A stretch of 63,701 nt of DNA, the filler included, from Perkinsus chesapeaki ATCC PRA-425 (taxonomy: Eukaryota > Protista > Perkinsozoa), in NCBI GenBank assembly GCA_013115145.1. It is 7 parts of 7 records of this genome, joined end to end, with 100 filler letters (N's around TTAATTAATTAA, not from the genome) between each part and the next. Parts side by side here need not be neighbours in the genome. Positions count along the whole stretch, not along the records: positions 35,284 to 41,582 come from JAAPAO010001098.1; positions 41,683 to 53,911 come from JAAPAO010000819.1; 5 more parts are not named here. One strand, given 5' to 3'. The position numbers were made by a program, and so were the translations under genes. Below the pieces are notes generated by a model. That model made no database searches, had not been told where the DNA came from, and saw only the letters and a list, made by a program, of their open reading frames with translations. Positions within the stretch are counted from its first letter, which is position 1; every line of letters starts with the position of its first letter. This document shows positions 36,707 through 49,704 of this stretch, in pieces.

Positions 36707-38888
36707 CGAACTTTTTGAGGGTTATAACTGCAAGGAGAATTCACCGTTGCGATTCTGTTCCGTTATACTTCAGTATTAGCCTTTTGCGAATGCCAAGGAG
36801 CGAATCGCTATATGTGACTCGTGCGCCGAGGAAGAAGCTTCTGCGTGCAGGGTCTGCACGTCACCGTCTCCACGCCTCTTCTTTGTCTCTAAATTCTAGA
36901 GTCTAGAGTCTGGCCTCCAGACACAATGAAGTTAGTGAGCGTCTGAGGGGAATGTGGCAATAATGCCATTAGTCTATCACCTGAACTATTTTTGCTTGTC
37001 GGTAGCATGCAAAGGTCGTTAGCGCCGAGTAGATAGTACGTGAGGATTAAGAACAATCGCCAGCTGGAGTGTAACACGCAATTTTCGTGTTCAGTGGAAC
37101 AACACGTTGTTGCTAACAGGCTGTTAGTTACAGCAGCTGATTTCTCTCCAAATTTCCAAAACTCCACAATAGTAGCTCAGGATCATTCCTCAATACTGCT
37201 CCCATTTACTGTTTCACAAGATGCATTAAGGAAGTGTCGTAGATTCATCATAGTATTGTGCAGTGAGCACAATCGGGCCAGCAGCTGGCTGTTGTGCCAC
37301 CTGTGCGTTTATCTTGTCCGATTGTTGATTTTAGTGACCAGTAGAGGTACTCTCGTCTCCACAGTGAGTTAGTGAATTTCTGCTCTCGCTGCTAGAGCCG
37401 ATTAATACTCAACTGTTTTACAAAAAACAATAGGTAAGATTCTTACCGTAAGAACTACTGACTGATTATAGTAATGTCGTCGTGGAGGCCCATGCTCCCT
37501 AACTCGTTAGTGGCTCGTCAGGACAGGCTCCGGTCAAATACCGATACAGCCAGCAGGACCTTGCGCAACAGGGATTTCACAGAGTCAGAGTCCAAGAAGT
37601 CCGCAATTGAAAAACTCAAAGGCATCGATGACGCTGAAATTAGATTACAGTGACGCTTGGACCCTGAAATAATTATTTTCAAAGAAGATTTTGTGGGAGA
37701 TGAAGGAGAATTGAAAACCCAATCGAAATTCTTTCAAGAAAATCTCAATGTGGAAGACTGGATTTTTAGTAGAACCACTCAGAAAACCGTCATAAGAGTA
37801 CCAGCCAAGGACAGATCCTGTATGGTCCAAAATGGACTGTATGAAAGAACACGGAGTGTTGTGCAGTGCCACTGTAAAGCGGAATGGGAACAGTCTGTTA
37901 TGGGGACACAAGTTGTGCCGACGGTTCGGGGGCCATGCCCGACAGTTTGTGTTATGCTCGGAAGGCGTTGACGAAATACAAGGTACCAATATTGAATCAC
38001 TGTGAATGCCCTCAGGCTCGAGGCATCCTTTGCACGACCTGATGGTCAAGCCAGCTGCATTGCCGTTCAAGTGGAAGATTCCAACCCAACCCACAACCAC
38101 CCGGAGGAGGTCCCATTGAGTGGTAGATGATCGTGAGAGTCCAAGATAGGCTAAGGGCGAGTTTAGCCCTCACAAGTTGACAGTTTATATAGACTAACAC
38201 TCGGTAGGAGCATGATCGGATTTGATCGCCAAGGGAGGGAGAATTGTGTTGACAATTCATTTGGGAGGGACTAGGAAAAGAAGCGGCAGCAGTTGCATGA
38301 CGCAAGTTCACACTCATGTAACATGACAGTATGTGGAGAGACTTGAACGGCTGCCGCGGCTAACGGAGACGGTAACGTCCGTCTGCCTTCGTGTCACATC
38401 TCGGCAGGGGTCAGTCGCTGGGTGTCGTTCTGTGCAGCCTGCGAGGCTCGTGCACGTGCAAGAGCCTCATAGCGTCGGTTACAAGATATGCTCCAGTAGT
38501 GGGCCCTGACGATTCCCAAGAAACGAAAAACATGTGTCACCTGTGCGACAATGAAGCCGCTTTATTAAATCGCGCGTCCTCTGCTTCAAATTCGGGTTTC
38601 CGGCATAACTTTTTCGCCAGACCAAATATTGACCTGAGACTTTGCGTGTACATACTCCTTACATAATTACATTGTCAAGATGTGTAACAGGTAGAGTAAC
38701 TCTACTAGAGACTCTAGTCTAGAGTTAACTGAAAAAGTTCCCCTTGTATTTTTCGACCATGGCCGCAGTACGAAGCCATAAACAAGATGCTGAAATAAAC
38801 AGGAATTCATAATATCTCGGAACATCTGTAGTTTTTCGTTCGCCTTCGTTTCGCGCGCAAGTTTGACAAATGTCCAAGCAGCCAAGTC

Positions 38889-38944
38889 AGTGTCGCTTAA
38901 AGTGACTCACTTCCATAGTGTCGCTTGAAGTGACTCACTTCCAT
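38889..38944. repeat. Two tandem 28-bp direct repeats
   Basis: AGTGTCGCTT(A/G)AAGTGACTCACTTCCAT x2, one mismatch. Confidence 0.9.
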
Positions 38945-39505
38945 ACGTATTCATCTTTGACACCCCCTCGATTTTTGGGGTCCATGTTTGAGAGCCTCGT
39001 ATCCAAGAATGACAATAAGCGGCCAAGTTAGACAATTTAACGAAGCGCTCGTACTAAACTTGCACACTAACTTGCCCTTCTTAAACTTGCACGGCACCAA
39101 GAATGTTTTCATCGCGCTTCAAGGTCGATTTACAGCTTCCTGTTGCCCCACATATGACAACTAGTGATACGATTATCGTATTATCGTATTGCGATATAGC
39201 ACAATCGGAAACTAGCCACGTGGATTTAACTTCAATCATTGAAGTCATCACTCTCTGTCACCAAGATTGTGGTGGCTTCATGAATTGCATCTCTACTCGA
39301 GACTCTCGAGTCCACGTCCACCAGTATTGCCATGATGAGATATCGATACCTTGCCTTAACTCTTATTAACTCTAAACTAATCAGCTCAATGCAAAATAAT
39401 ATGCAAAAGGCTAAGTTGATCTCTGGGAGGTAGCAGCTAAAGTATCCACTCTGGCGACCTGTTGTATCGAGCACTACCACAGTGGTAGTATCACTTATTT
39501 AGATA

Positions 39506-40585
39506 TTATTGCTTCACCTTCGTGAAGCCAATGCGATCCCTGTCCATGTCGAAATAGTAATAGTTGCCAAGGAATGCGCTTAGTCCAAGATCAACTCCAT
39601 CGAAATCAATAAATTCTATGCGCAGGAGACAGTCGTTGCCCCGTGTCCTCCAAACCAAAGCGTTTGGGGTTATTATGAGAGGCACTTTCTGTCCCCACAG
39701 TCCTTCTACATAGAATTTCATCGCGGGCAGGCTGCCCACGTCTTCGCAAGCGACTAGAAATGCATCTGCTTCAACTTGAATTTCAACTTTCTTTTTGCCG
39801 GCATCTTGTAGGGAGCTGATAACTTGCTCTCGCCATTTCTTATTCATAAATATACATGCGGCACCAGTATCAAGTATGGCATCTTCCGTCACATTGACAT
39901 AGTAACTCGTATCGTCCCCTATTTGTAGGCCACGAAGTTTGACAAAGTGCCCAGTTTTGTTCACAAGCTTGAAGAATTTCAGTGGGCCAGCTCGTTTTGT
40001 CGGATCTTCACCTCCTAATATAACCTCACCAGAATTACCGTCTCCTGGGTTGAGGTAAATCGAAAATGAGTTATCATTGATGATATTCTTATCAGACAAT
40101 TGCTGGACAATTGATCTGTATTCTTGGTCTTCAGAGGGCGCCAAACCGAACGACGACCAAATACGAGGTGGATTACGATTGAATCCGGCCACCAAACCAA
40201 AATCGAGTCGAGCAGATGTCCCATCACTGAGATCAAATACTCCCGAGTGAGGGAAGACCGAAACATCAGAGCCCTCTACGAAGCTGAAGGTTGTTGTCCG
40301 ACCTTGCTTGCAGGGCGAGACGCATTGATAGCAACCAAAGAAAAGATTCTGGCAAACTCCACGACTCCTTCCAAACCATTCCGTCCAAACCAGCGATAGT
40401 AGGCTGGCACCGGTATCAACAAGAGAGAAGAGAACTTGACCATCAACAGTTAGTTGAACTACCGGATTCGGGTATATGTCGAAGGTGTAAGTTCTCCTGA
40501 TACTTAAGTCCATTCTAGCTAGCTTATCACCCTCGGCCACTCCTAATACACACCAAAGGATATAGCCGAAGCTTTGGCAAAACAT
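39506..40585 (-). CDS. Pepsin-family (A1) aspartic protease, intronless, paralog 2
   Basis: 359 aa; LVDTGAS and ILDTGAA; GEVILGG; LGLSAFLGNYYYFDMDRDRIGF; colinear with paralog 1. Confidence 0.92.
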   Translation of the reverse strand: MFCQSFGYILWCVLGVAEGDKLARMDLSIRRTYTFDIYPNPVVQLTVDGQVLFSLVDTGASLLSLVWTEWFGRSRGVCQNLFFGCYQCVSPCKQGRTTTFSFVEGSDVSVFPHSGVFDLSDGTSARLDFGLVAGFNRNPPRIWSSFGLAPSEDQEYRSIVQQLSDKNIINDNSFSIYLNPGDGNSGEVILGGEDPTKRAGPLKFFKLVNKTGHFVKLRGLQIGDDTSYYVNVTEDAILDTGAACIFMNKKWREQVISSLQDAGKKKVEIQVEADAFLVACEDVGSLPAMKFYVEGLWGQKVPLIITPNALVWRTRGNDCLLRIEFIDFDGVDLGLSAFLGNYYYFDMDRDRIGFTKVKQ

Positions 40586-41512
40586 CGAACTATTTGAGGG
40601 TTATAACTGAAAGAAGAAGGAATCATTGTGATTCTGTTTCGTGATACTCCATTAGTAGCCTCTGGCGAATGTCAAAAAGCAAATTGCAGCATGTGACTTG
40701 TGCACCAAGGGAGAAGCCTCTGCACGTCACCGTCACCATGACTCTTCTTGTCCCTAGGGTATGTCTTCCAGTTGCAAAGAAGCTCAGAAACCGCAGCCGA
40801 GAAGGCGACCAGCATATCTTCAGTCTATTACGGTGCAAGTTCCAATGGTAGCGCATAGACCGCATGGTGGGCCCCATAGTTTATCACCGGACAAGCACCA
40901 TGTCAAAATCTACAGTCATCACAGGATATGTCACGCAGAAACTTCGAAACTGCTATGTCGCGCAATCTGTGACCGCCAAGAATGATGATCGACACTGTCC
41001 TCTCAGGGTGTCCAACTAGGTGCCTCCAAGTGAGAGCAAGATGAATAACGATTCAGGCACTTCTACAAGAAGAATGTTCCAGAGCATAAAACAGGCTGTT
41101 TTAAACAGCAGTTGTTTCATTTCCAAAATTGAGCAACTTCCCGGGATAGCGGAAGTATGCCATTGTCAACGGTGATGTCGCCACTACACCAGACATCACG
41201 AAGTCGATCCTAGTCCAGGCGCCTAGCTTGTGTTCGTGCGTCGAGCGATAGACCTGGGTGCAAGGTCCATCATGGACTTCCCTGTGGGGATCGAAAGACC
41301 CGTGAGCCGAAGCGGAGAAGGTCCCGCCCGGGTGAGCGACAAGTTTTGCGAATTAATGTTTGCAGAATAACCATTCAATTTCAAGCTGAAATTTGAATTT
41401 TCAGCAAACTCCCTGATTTAGCTCCCTTTAGCCGCTCTCCAGGTATTGCCGCTTTTTGAAAAAGCGTGTCGTGGGGGGGGGGGGGGGGGGGGGGGGGGTG
41501 GGGGGGGGTGGT

Positions 41513-41582
<70 letters not shown>

Positions 41583-41699
41583 NNNNNNNNNNNNNNNNNN
41601 NNNNNNNNNNNNNNNNNNNNNNNNNNTTAATTAATTAANNNNNNNNNNNNNNNNNNNNNNNNNNNNNNNNNNNNNNNNNNNNGGCTATATTAATTTGTT

Positions 41700-44600
41700 C
41701 TGGGCTTTAACTAATTTGGTCTTGGCTTTTACTAATCAGATCTTGAAATGGTGTAGTCCAGTCCATAGTTTTGTCCCTATACAGTTTGTGCCATTCTCCA
41801 CAACATTGTGTCTATCCATGATGTATTTTATATGATTCTGGCATAATGCAGTGAGTGGAACTGATACTCCTTCAAGTCTAATGTACATAGCTGCTTTGTG
41901 CGCCATTAGATATAGAGCCTTTATTATAGGCACGTTCTGTGCCACTTTGGTACTGCCACAATGACCGTACGTCCACTGGTCCTGTGAGCGTGATGAGTAT
42001 AGATTGATTTAGGTTGCCCTTAGCATTGTAGGATGGGCGATTATGGCTAAACTTCCACGATTGCACGGAGTTATACTCAATCAACAACTGCTTGTATGCG
42101 GATGGCTACCCGACCTACTATCAAAGTCATTTCATTTTTTGTCAATGCTTTGCGTTACTCGTCCTGGGGCATACGCGGACAGAAGGGGCTGCAGCCATAC
42201 CATTCTGCGAGCTTGTCTCTCTCCGACTGACTCTATTTGTCAGACAAATTTTGTCTTGTCTATACAATGGTCCTCGATCCTGGTCATCGAGTGTTGCGAA
42301 CTGGAGGTTGAAGGCATCAAATAGCCTAACTGAGCTTATCTTGTAGCGCTGAGTCGCAAGCAGCCCCTCGTCGATTCATGTGAGTCAGGTCTAAAGTGGT
42401 CTGAACTTCCTAGCGCAGCCCAGAGCCTCTTCAGCCAGGCGATAATGACAAAGGGGATGCATGCAAATATTCCTCTGCCAGCAGTATTGTCTTTAGGAAA
42501 ACATCTGTTGCTGGGGAAGATACAAGGCCGCTTTAATAACATCTTGATACAATTGCATCTATCCCCGTATTTCTGGCATTTCTCGACTTCTCGTCACAAA
42601 GTAAGGAGTCGGTGTAAGTCAGTATAGCTATATCATTAGTGCACTTGGAAACACGTAGTGTGCCGAAGTAAAAATCGGGGAGTATCCGGGCGGGTTCTCA
42701 GAATTCAAGAAGCAGAATACTTAAGGATTCCACGAAGCAGCACCGAGCTATCATGAGCCACTCCATACTTTGAGTCGAAGTCTTTGACTTTTACCCCTGT
42801 GACCGTTCTGCTCCCAAAAAAGAGACAGGCACACATGCGTCACCCGAGCAAACCGATAGTGGGAATGTCCATTCTAAACAAACTGTTCACTCCAGCAGAA
42901 CGCAGAGTTACCCTGGCACCCACTCCAGCCGTTAATGTAGTTACATACCGTCGTAGATTGTTACCCTACGGTGTAGGGCCTACACTTATCAACATCTAGC
43001 CGACGTGCGTTTACCTTTGACGTTTTCAAGAACTCGGAGAATTTCCAGTCGAAAATGTGCTTCGTTATTAAGATCGAGGCTGCTGATCTGGTACATTTCC
43101 TTCAGCATTCCTTCCTAAAAAGTTCCCTAGTCTATATTCAGCCCATTTAGTTGAACCTTGATGCGAGTATTCCAACTAATCTCCGTAGTATCCTGCCTGA
43201 TATTGGTCTATGGTAACGAGTGGTTTAAATGCTCTATGACCTACTGTGCTTGGAATTGTTTCCACGAGACGGACTTTTGCTGCTACAATGCGCAAAAGGG
43301 ATGTTTTTGCGGGCAAGTGGAAACTTGCAAGTGGTAGCGAGTAATGAGTACCGTGACCAATCCAGGTGTGTTACTCCATGATTTAGTCCATAGTACTGCC
43401 ACCATACAATTTGTGTCATTACCATGAGGTATTTCGTACGACTCGAAGTGATGCAATGGAGTAATCGGATCTAATACTCCCGTCTGCTGTCTATTGTTGC
43501 TTGCAATGCTCGCCACCACGTGGGCACAGGCACGTTGCGTGCCTCATTGTCCGAGTCCATCCGCACTCTGCTACTCTGATGAGGATTGATCTAGATGGAT
43601 TGCCCTTAGATTGGCCTTGCGCGACCACAATGTAGCTACACAAGTCTTTTCACCCTTCGTCGATGCATTGCGTTCATCGTCCTAAGGCGTACGCGACCGA
43701 AGGGGCTGCAGAGGGGTGCCACCCTATGAGTCTGTCTCTTCCTAACTGGCTCAGTGCGTCTTGTATATCCAATGGGCCTTGATCCTGGTTAACTGTGTAG
43801 GCGGAAATCCCGCCGCGAGGTGAGTTCTCTCCGCTGCCCTCTTCGAGCATGTCTCTGACCTTCAAGAATGACCATTCTTCTTGCGGGTCCGAGGCCCTCG
43901 AGCTCCGCGGCTGTACTCTCCAACTCAATGAGTTGAACTCACTATGTATAGAGACGCTTTTGAGACCAAGTATTTAAAAAAGGCACCCTTGCCCGAGTGA
44001 GGCACTCGCATACTATCACCGGGACTCTTCATATGGGGAGAGGAAGGCTGGGCACCAGCTTATCTTCGGTCCCACAAGTAGTCCTCGTCAAGGACCAAAC
44101 AGAAATATAATCTATATGACTCGCTTGAACCAGTAACGCAGCAACACCCCAGCTGAGCATACCCCACTCCGCTCATCTCGACCCCGATAAACGGCACCGA
44201 TCTACTATGGGGCGTCATAATCTCATGGTAAGATGGACGCCATATACTTAGAGTGAGTATATAGACTGAGCAACTCAGTGCAGCACCACGCCGGGTGCAA
44301 CCTTGTGACCGTTTTGCTTCAGAAAGGAGGCAGTCACATACGCGTCACTCGCACCAACCACCGAGACCGAAGGCGGGGCTCTAATTACACATACGAACAA
44401 GCTGTTCTCCCCAGCGACAAAAGGTCGAAGCCAGGTCTCGGCATTGACGGACCGGCGTAGCGTACCTTCTTCGTTATTTTAAATAACTTATTTACGTGTG
44501 CCTTCCTAACCTCCTGAACTACGGCTGAGAGTATAAACACCCTACAATACAAATTCTGCGTAATGGATTCTTCGGCCGCATATCTCTGGCGTGTGCTAGA

Positions 44601-46550
44601 GTCTCAATATCGCCTGCGTAGAGATGCTTACCAATACCTAGTTTAGTGTACCCTCTAAATTTCAGCTTGAAAGCCTCTCCTGGAACTTGTGGGAACGTTC
44701 AGATGAAGCGGTTTAACCGAGGGAAAGCGCATGATGGGTTATAGGTATAGGAGGCTCTACATCTAGTAAACGCGTTTCTTTCGTTCCGGCTTCATTGTAG
44801 AATATTCGATTCGCAAGTTTCGAGGCTGTAAGTTATGCTGCCTTCATTATGTATATCGATGGGTGAGCTTATGATATGAGGATTGGTGCACTTTGTTCAG
44901 CGTCTGTCTTAACAAAGTTATCGTTCGGATAATGTTCTGCCGGTGTATTCAGTTAATGTTATATGCAAGTGTTCCGAACGGTCTCCGTAGTATCCTGCCT
45001 TATATTGGTCTATGGTAGTAACTGGTTCAAATGCTCTATGACTCACTGTCCGCAGCATTGCATCGAAAAGCCATTTTGCTGCCACAGCACTGAGGCGGGA
45101 TGTTTCTGCAGCGGAAAGAAATCTTGTACTTGACCTTGAAAACGTATCTCCTGTGCCGGTGAGCATGTGTGCCCCTCTTTTTTCTTGCCAAGTTTGTGAG
45201 GCTCATGCGTGACGTATGATGCGTTCAGTCTTATGATTCCAAATATTATGTTTCTTAGAGAGGTACGAGGAGAAGTATGCAGAGCCGGAAAGGCTCGGCA
45301 CACTCATCTAGCATAATCCTGTTATTATGTTGTTAGTTGGTCCTTAGTGTCGCTATTTCCCGTCATTAACCGTCACTATTGTTGAGGCTTTTCTTACGAT
45401 TTACAATGTAGTAAGTGGAACTTATACTTTTCATAATACCCACCGGTTCTGCCCATGTATTGTGTTAGTCGTTGCAATTTAACACTAACCGTGTTATTCT
45501 CTGCGAAGCCATCCCTTAGCTAGTTGCTCGTGAACGTCTGAGCTTGGGAGCTAACCTGCACCTATTCCGCCCGCTCACCCATATCCTACGAATAATCGAT
45601 TTGTCGAGGCGGGAGCCAAAAAGACGATTGAGCACCACGGAGCAAAAAGTAGGGACAATTTGGTGACGCCTGCGAGGCGCCGCCTGTGATCGACTGGCAC
45701 TTGGGCGGAGTGTAAACTTGAAGCGCAACCCTTTGGATGGTTTGATGGAAATGCATGAAGTCAAACGCAAACTACGGACTTCTTCATATGCGGTTATAGC
45801 AACACTGACCTCTCCGGCTAGCGGCTACGCTGTAGCGCTGTGACCGTTCTGCGCCGTAAGGGTAGCATTCACGCGCGCGTCACCCTACGCAAGACCGAAA
45901 AGATGATTCCAATTTTATATTTTATGCAAGCTGTTAGATCGGCTCACTCCAGCGCGACTAGGAAGTCATGAGTGGTTCTCTGGATACGTCAGCAGTTGTG
46001 CTTTTTTGCTTTGTTAACGAACATACGAGATTTCTGATTGATCACTTCTGATATTCATGTATAGGTTGGATAGGCTGGCGAGGTATGCGACTGTGTATGG
46101 CATCTGACTCTAGCGAAGGTATCTTGCATGAAATATTCTGTCGATAAGTTCAGTTGAAGTTATATGCGAGTACTTCAAATAATCTCCGTGATATGCAGCC
46201 TGATATTGGCCGATGGTGGTCATTGGTTCAAATGCTCCTTAACCTACTGCCCTGAGCACTGCAATGAAGTGCCGTTTTGCTGCCATAGCAATGAGAAAGG
46301 CTGCTTCTGCAGCCGAGAGGAAGCGTGCATTTAATCGCAGGCTGGAAACTTGTCTTCTATAGCAGTAGGAGTGTTAAGATGATCCAATGATTCCCATATG
46401 TTCAATATCATCTTCATAGTAAGACTTCTTTCCCTATAATGGATACTATACGACTCTGGCAAATACAATAAACGGAACTAATACTTAGCTAGATTATCCT
46501 ACTCTATGCCCATGTATTGCGTTCGTCGTCAGAAGAAGTACGCGGACCGT
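41700..46550 (-). pseudogene. Array of about four decayed paralogous copies of an unknown gene
   Basis: Homologous blocks at 43151-43248, 44951-45048 and 46151-46248 (AF.P..TI.QY.A.Y.GD), at 41760-41890, 43370-43480, 45400-45480 and 46450-46530, and at 42165-42290 and 43675-43795; copies carry stops. Confidence 0.65.
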
Positions 46551-47192
46551 ATAATGCTTTACAAAAATACGTTATGCGTATATTTCAAAGCTGAATCACC
46601 CCCGTCACCTATTCCTTAAACGCCTTACAGACGATTCCACATCAACGACGAGCTTCCGACTCGCTATATTTGTATTGCCTATTGAGGGAATTGAGGGAAC
46701 CTTGAATTCTAGTAACGGGATAAGTTCTGTCCACTCCAATACGTGCGGACACTAGCCGGAGAGTTCTCAGTCCTTCACAAGAACCGCCATTCGTGTTGCT
46801 TTGAGACTTGAATCAGTGGGTATACGAAGCATGTCAGCCACAAGAAGCTTCCGAGAAAAGGGCACGACTAACCACTCTAGTCGATGAGACACACTTCTAT
46901 TGTCGGGACTGCGGACTTGTAGCGTCAGTTAAGAGAAGCGGCCAGGATCCCACGCGACAAGCGTCCTCATTAGTGGAAATCTCATGCGACTACTTGAAAA
47001 TTTCAAGTTAAAATCACATCTTCACTTCGACAACTGTGCAATAGACGGGAATTGTGTGTTATATAGTCCATCTCATTGCTTGTGTTCCTCATCAACGCCT
47101 CATTAAGTTGATTTGGTCTTTCTGTCATCGAGGCTGATTACCGAAGCTTATCCTATGAAACAAACTCAACAGCCTCTTTTGTACGATAACAT

Positions 47193-49489
47193 TCATGTCT
47201 CCAGAATCCTCATCCGAGCACCAATCAGTACTGTAGCATTCCCCTCGCTCCCGACATCCTGAGTTACAGCATGGAGTAGAGCTTTGGCAATCACATACTC
47301 ACTTCGATTCCACAGAGCGGCACTGAGCTCCCATGAGACACTGATGCTACATTTGGTATTGGCCGTGACGCTATAACGTCGCCCGACACGGGGTGCACGA
47401 CGAAGAAGTCGCCGCTCAGTTCTTGGGCGTATCGAATTGCTTTCAATGACAAAGTTATCTTCTCTGAAGCATCGACAGCGACGATGAAGTAGAAAGCACC
47501 GCCGAATATGGAAAATACTGGACTTGTAGAAATCTCTTCGAGGTTGAGGCTTCCGCACTCCAGTGCCCATAGAACGGTCGAGGCCTCGTCTGTGGCGGAG
47601 ACTGTGATGGATCCGATGCTCTCAGATGTGGGTATATCATGCGAAGGTTCAATGGGACTGATGGCATCTAGCGTCTGCGCTTCCACGAGGTCGTCCCCAG
47701 GTTCACGATGGTCGTCTACTTTGCCACAAAGCGCGGGTCTGAGGGATTTGATAGCTTTATTGATAAACTATTGGAGCCCATACTGGTACCCTACACGCAT
47801 TGGGATACCTTCTCGAATGAGGTCCCGCCTCCCGTAGCAGCGTCCGTGTTGGGCAAAGGAGTCATACATGTTTCAATAACATCTAACACGTTGTTGGAGC
47901 CGTCGGCTTAGTCTTGAGTGCCTACTAGTCTCCCGTTTCGGTCCCTCCGTTTGTCTCCAGAAGTCGTTGCCAGTGACCCCGCCTTTCATTTCACTGATTA
48001 ACGACTCCTGACCGGATTGGTCCTCCTCGAGCCTCTCCGCCAGTTGTAAATGCTTGTCGGACAGACTAAGAGGAATGCCAGAAGTCTGCTGTTACGCACT
48101 GGACTTGATGAATCACATAGTCACTCTATCTCGTAGATCTGCCAGATTCCGCAACTGCGAGCGCAGCTCCAGGTTGTCCTGTCGGTGCTCGCGGGTTATC
48201 CGCTCCACTCTATTCCGCAATTCAGCTCGGAGGAGGTCAACGGCCTCGGATACCTCGCCTGCGGTGAAGTAAGGGCATCACTCTCATCCGACACGCAGTG
48301 AAAGTCGGGATAGGTACGGAACAATGAGCTTACATGGCTGCATCAGTCTTTCGGTTACCGCTCTAATCTCGCCTTTGAGAAATTCGATCTCGCTCTCCAC
48401 TGTCGAAAGCTGTGACTGAAACATACGTAAGGCTCAAGGTATGAGGATGAACCGATGAAACGTAGCGTCTAAAGGCAAGTATCCTTATAGAATAACCTCG
48501 AAGAGAGAGGTAATCCTCTCTCCTAGAGATGCTCACCTCTCTGCGCGTCTGAAGTTTCTGAGTCTGTTGCCCGAGTTCTACTATTGTTTTGAAGGTCGCA
48601 TCTCGGTGGCCAGAACTCTCAATCACTTGGTCCAGGTCCGTCCGAAGCTGTTTCATTTCAGACCGGAAGTTTCCCACCAGTTCAGCAGTGTTATTGAGCT
48701 GAATGAAGCAGCAGATCGGAAAGTGGTATTGGGATTGAGAGCTCACATGGTTAGCCATCCTGGCTTCGATATCAGGAATCTTGAGCTTAGCCACATCGCG
48801 TATCTCACTCTGTAGCTTCTTGCATGCCTCGATTACAGGGCAGGCCTCGCCTGTGACAGAGGTAGCACTCTGGCAGCAGCAACACTGCTGCTCTACATGA
48901 CCTGGTCAAGCATGGGGATTGATCGGGTTTAGGTAGCTTCAAGTACTGAGCCGGAGATCCAGACTCTGAAATTGGCTCTTCGTTTCAGCGAAATCTTGAT
49001 CACGCCGTCTGCTCAACTTAGCCACAGTGTTTTTTATCAATTCCAAACCTTCCACCATTGCGCCCAACTCGGGTAGCTGAGACTAAAGATGGTATATAGA
49101 ATCCCCATTTACCTACGCCGACAGCCTCCACTGTCGAAGATGAAGGCGTTCTACTCCACGTTGCGAAGTCTGACTCGAGTTCAGCAAGTCTATCCCTCAA
49201 CTGGAAATACCGTTCATGGAACTTATCCAATACGATTCAACACCAACGTACTTCTTCTGTGGCATCCTCTTGTATCTGGAACTTCAGTTCAACATCGTCG
49301 GCGTATTTTCCTCTCTTTTCGCACTCGCCGATCATTTCTAATGCCTCGCTGAATCGTACCTTTACAGTGGCACAAGTATTAGTGTTATACAAGATATGTA
49401 TGTATAAACAGAATAACTACTTGGAGCCAATCAAGTCTCTCCTGTTGTTCAACAACAAGCTCCTCAAGATCTTGCAAGCGAGATTCCAT
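47193..49489 (-). CDS. Hypothetical coiled-coil protein with possible C-terminal MATH-like beta domain, multi-exon
   Basis: Heptad-rich exons (ERYFQLRDRLAELESD; NFRSEMKQLRTDLDQV) followed by TVLWAL...TSPVFSIFGGAFYFIV; last exon ends RILET*. Confidence 0.45.
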
Positions 49490-49704
49490 GGGTTCCTTCA
49501 TCGATCACTTCCAGTAATAACGAACTCAACAAATACCATGATTCAAACAGATCAATACAACACGATTGATCGAAGATCGACGAAACAGCCACGAAATAAA
49601 TACGATGTACCATCTGTCGATCTCAAAACAAATTTGGTCAAATACTTTTAACTATAGCCAACTGAACAATTTACACGTGGCTAGTAGAAAGGAAACAGAG
49701 CACT

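Noticed and set aside
41474-41582. ~110-bp poly-G tract as a G-quadruplex or Gly-rich ORF
   Set aside because: It runs directly into a gap; most likely low-quality contig-end sequence
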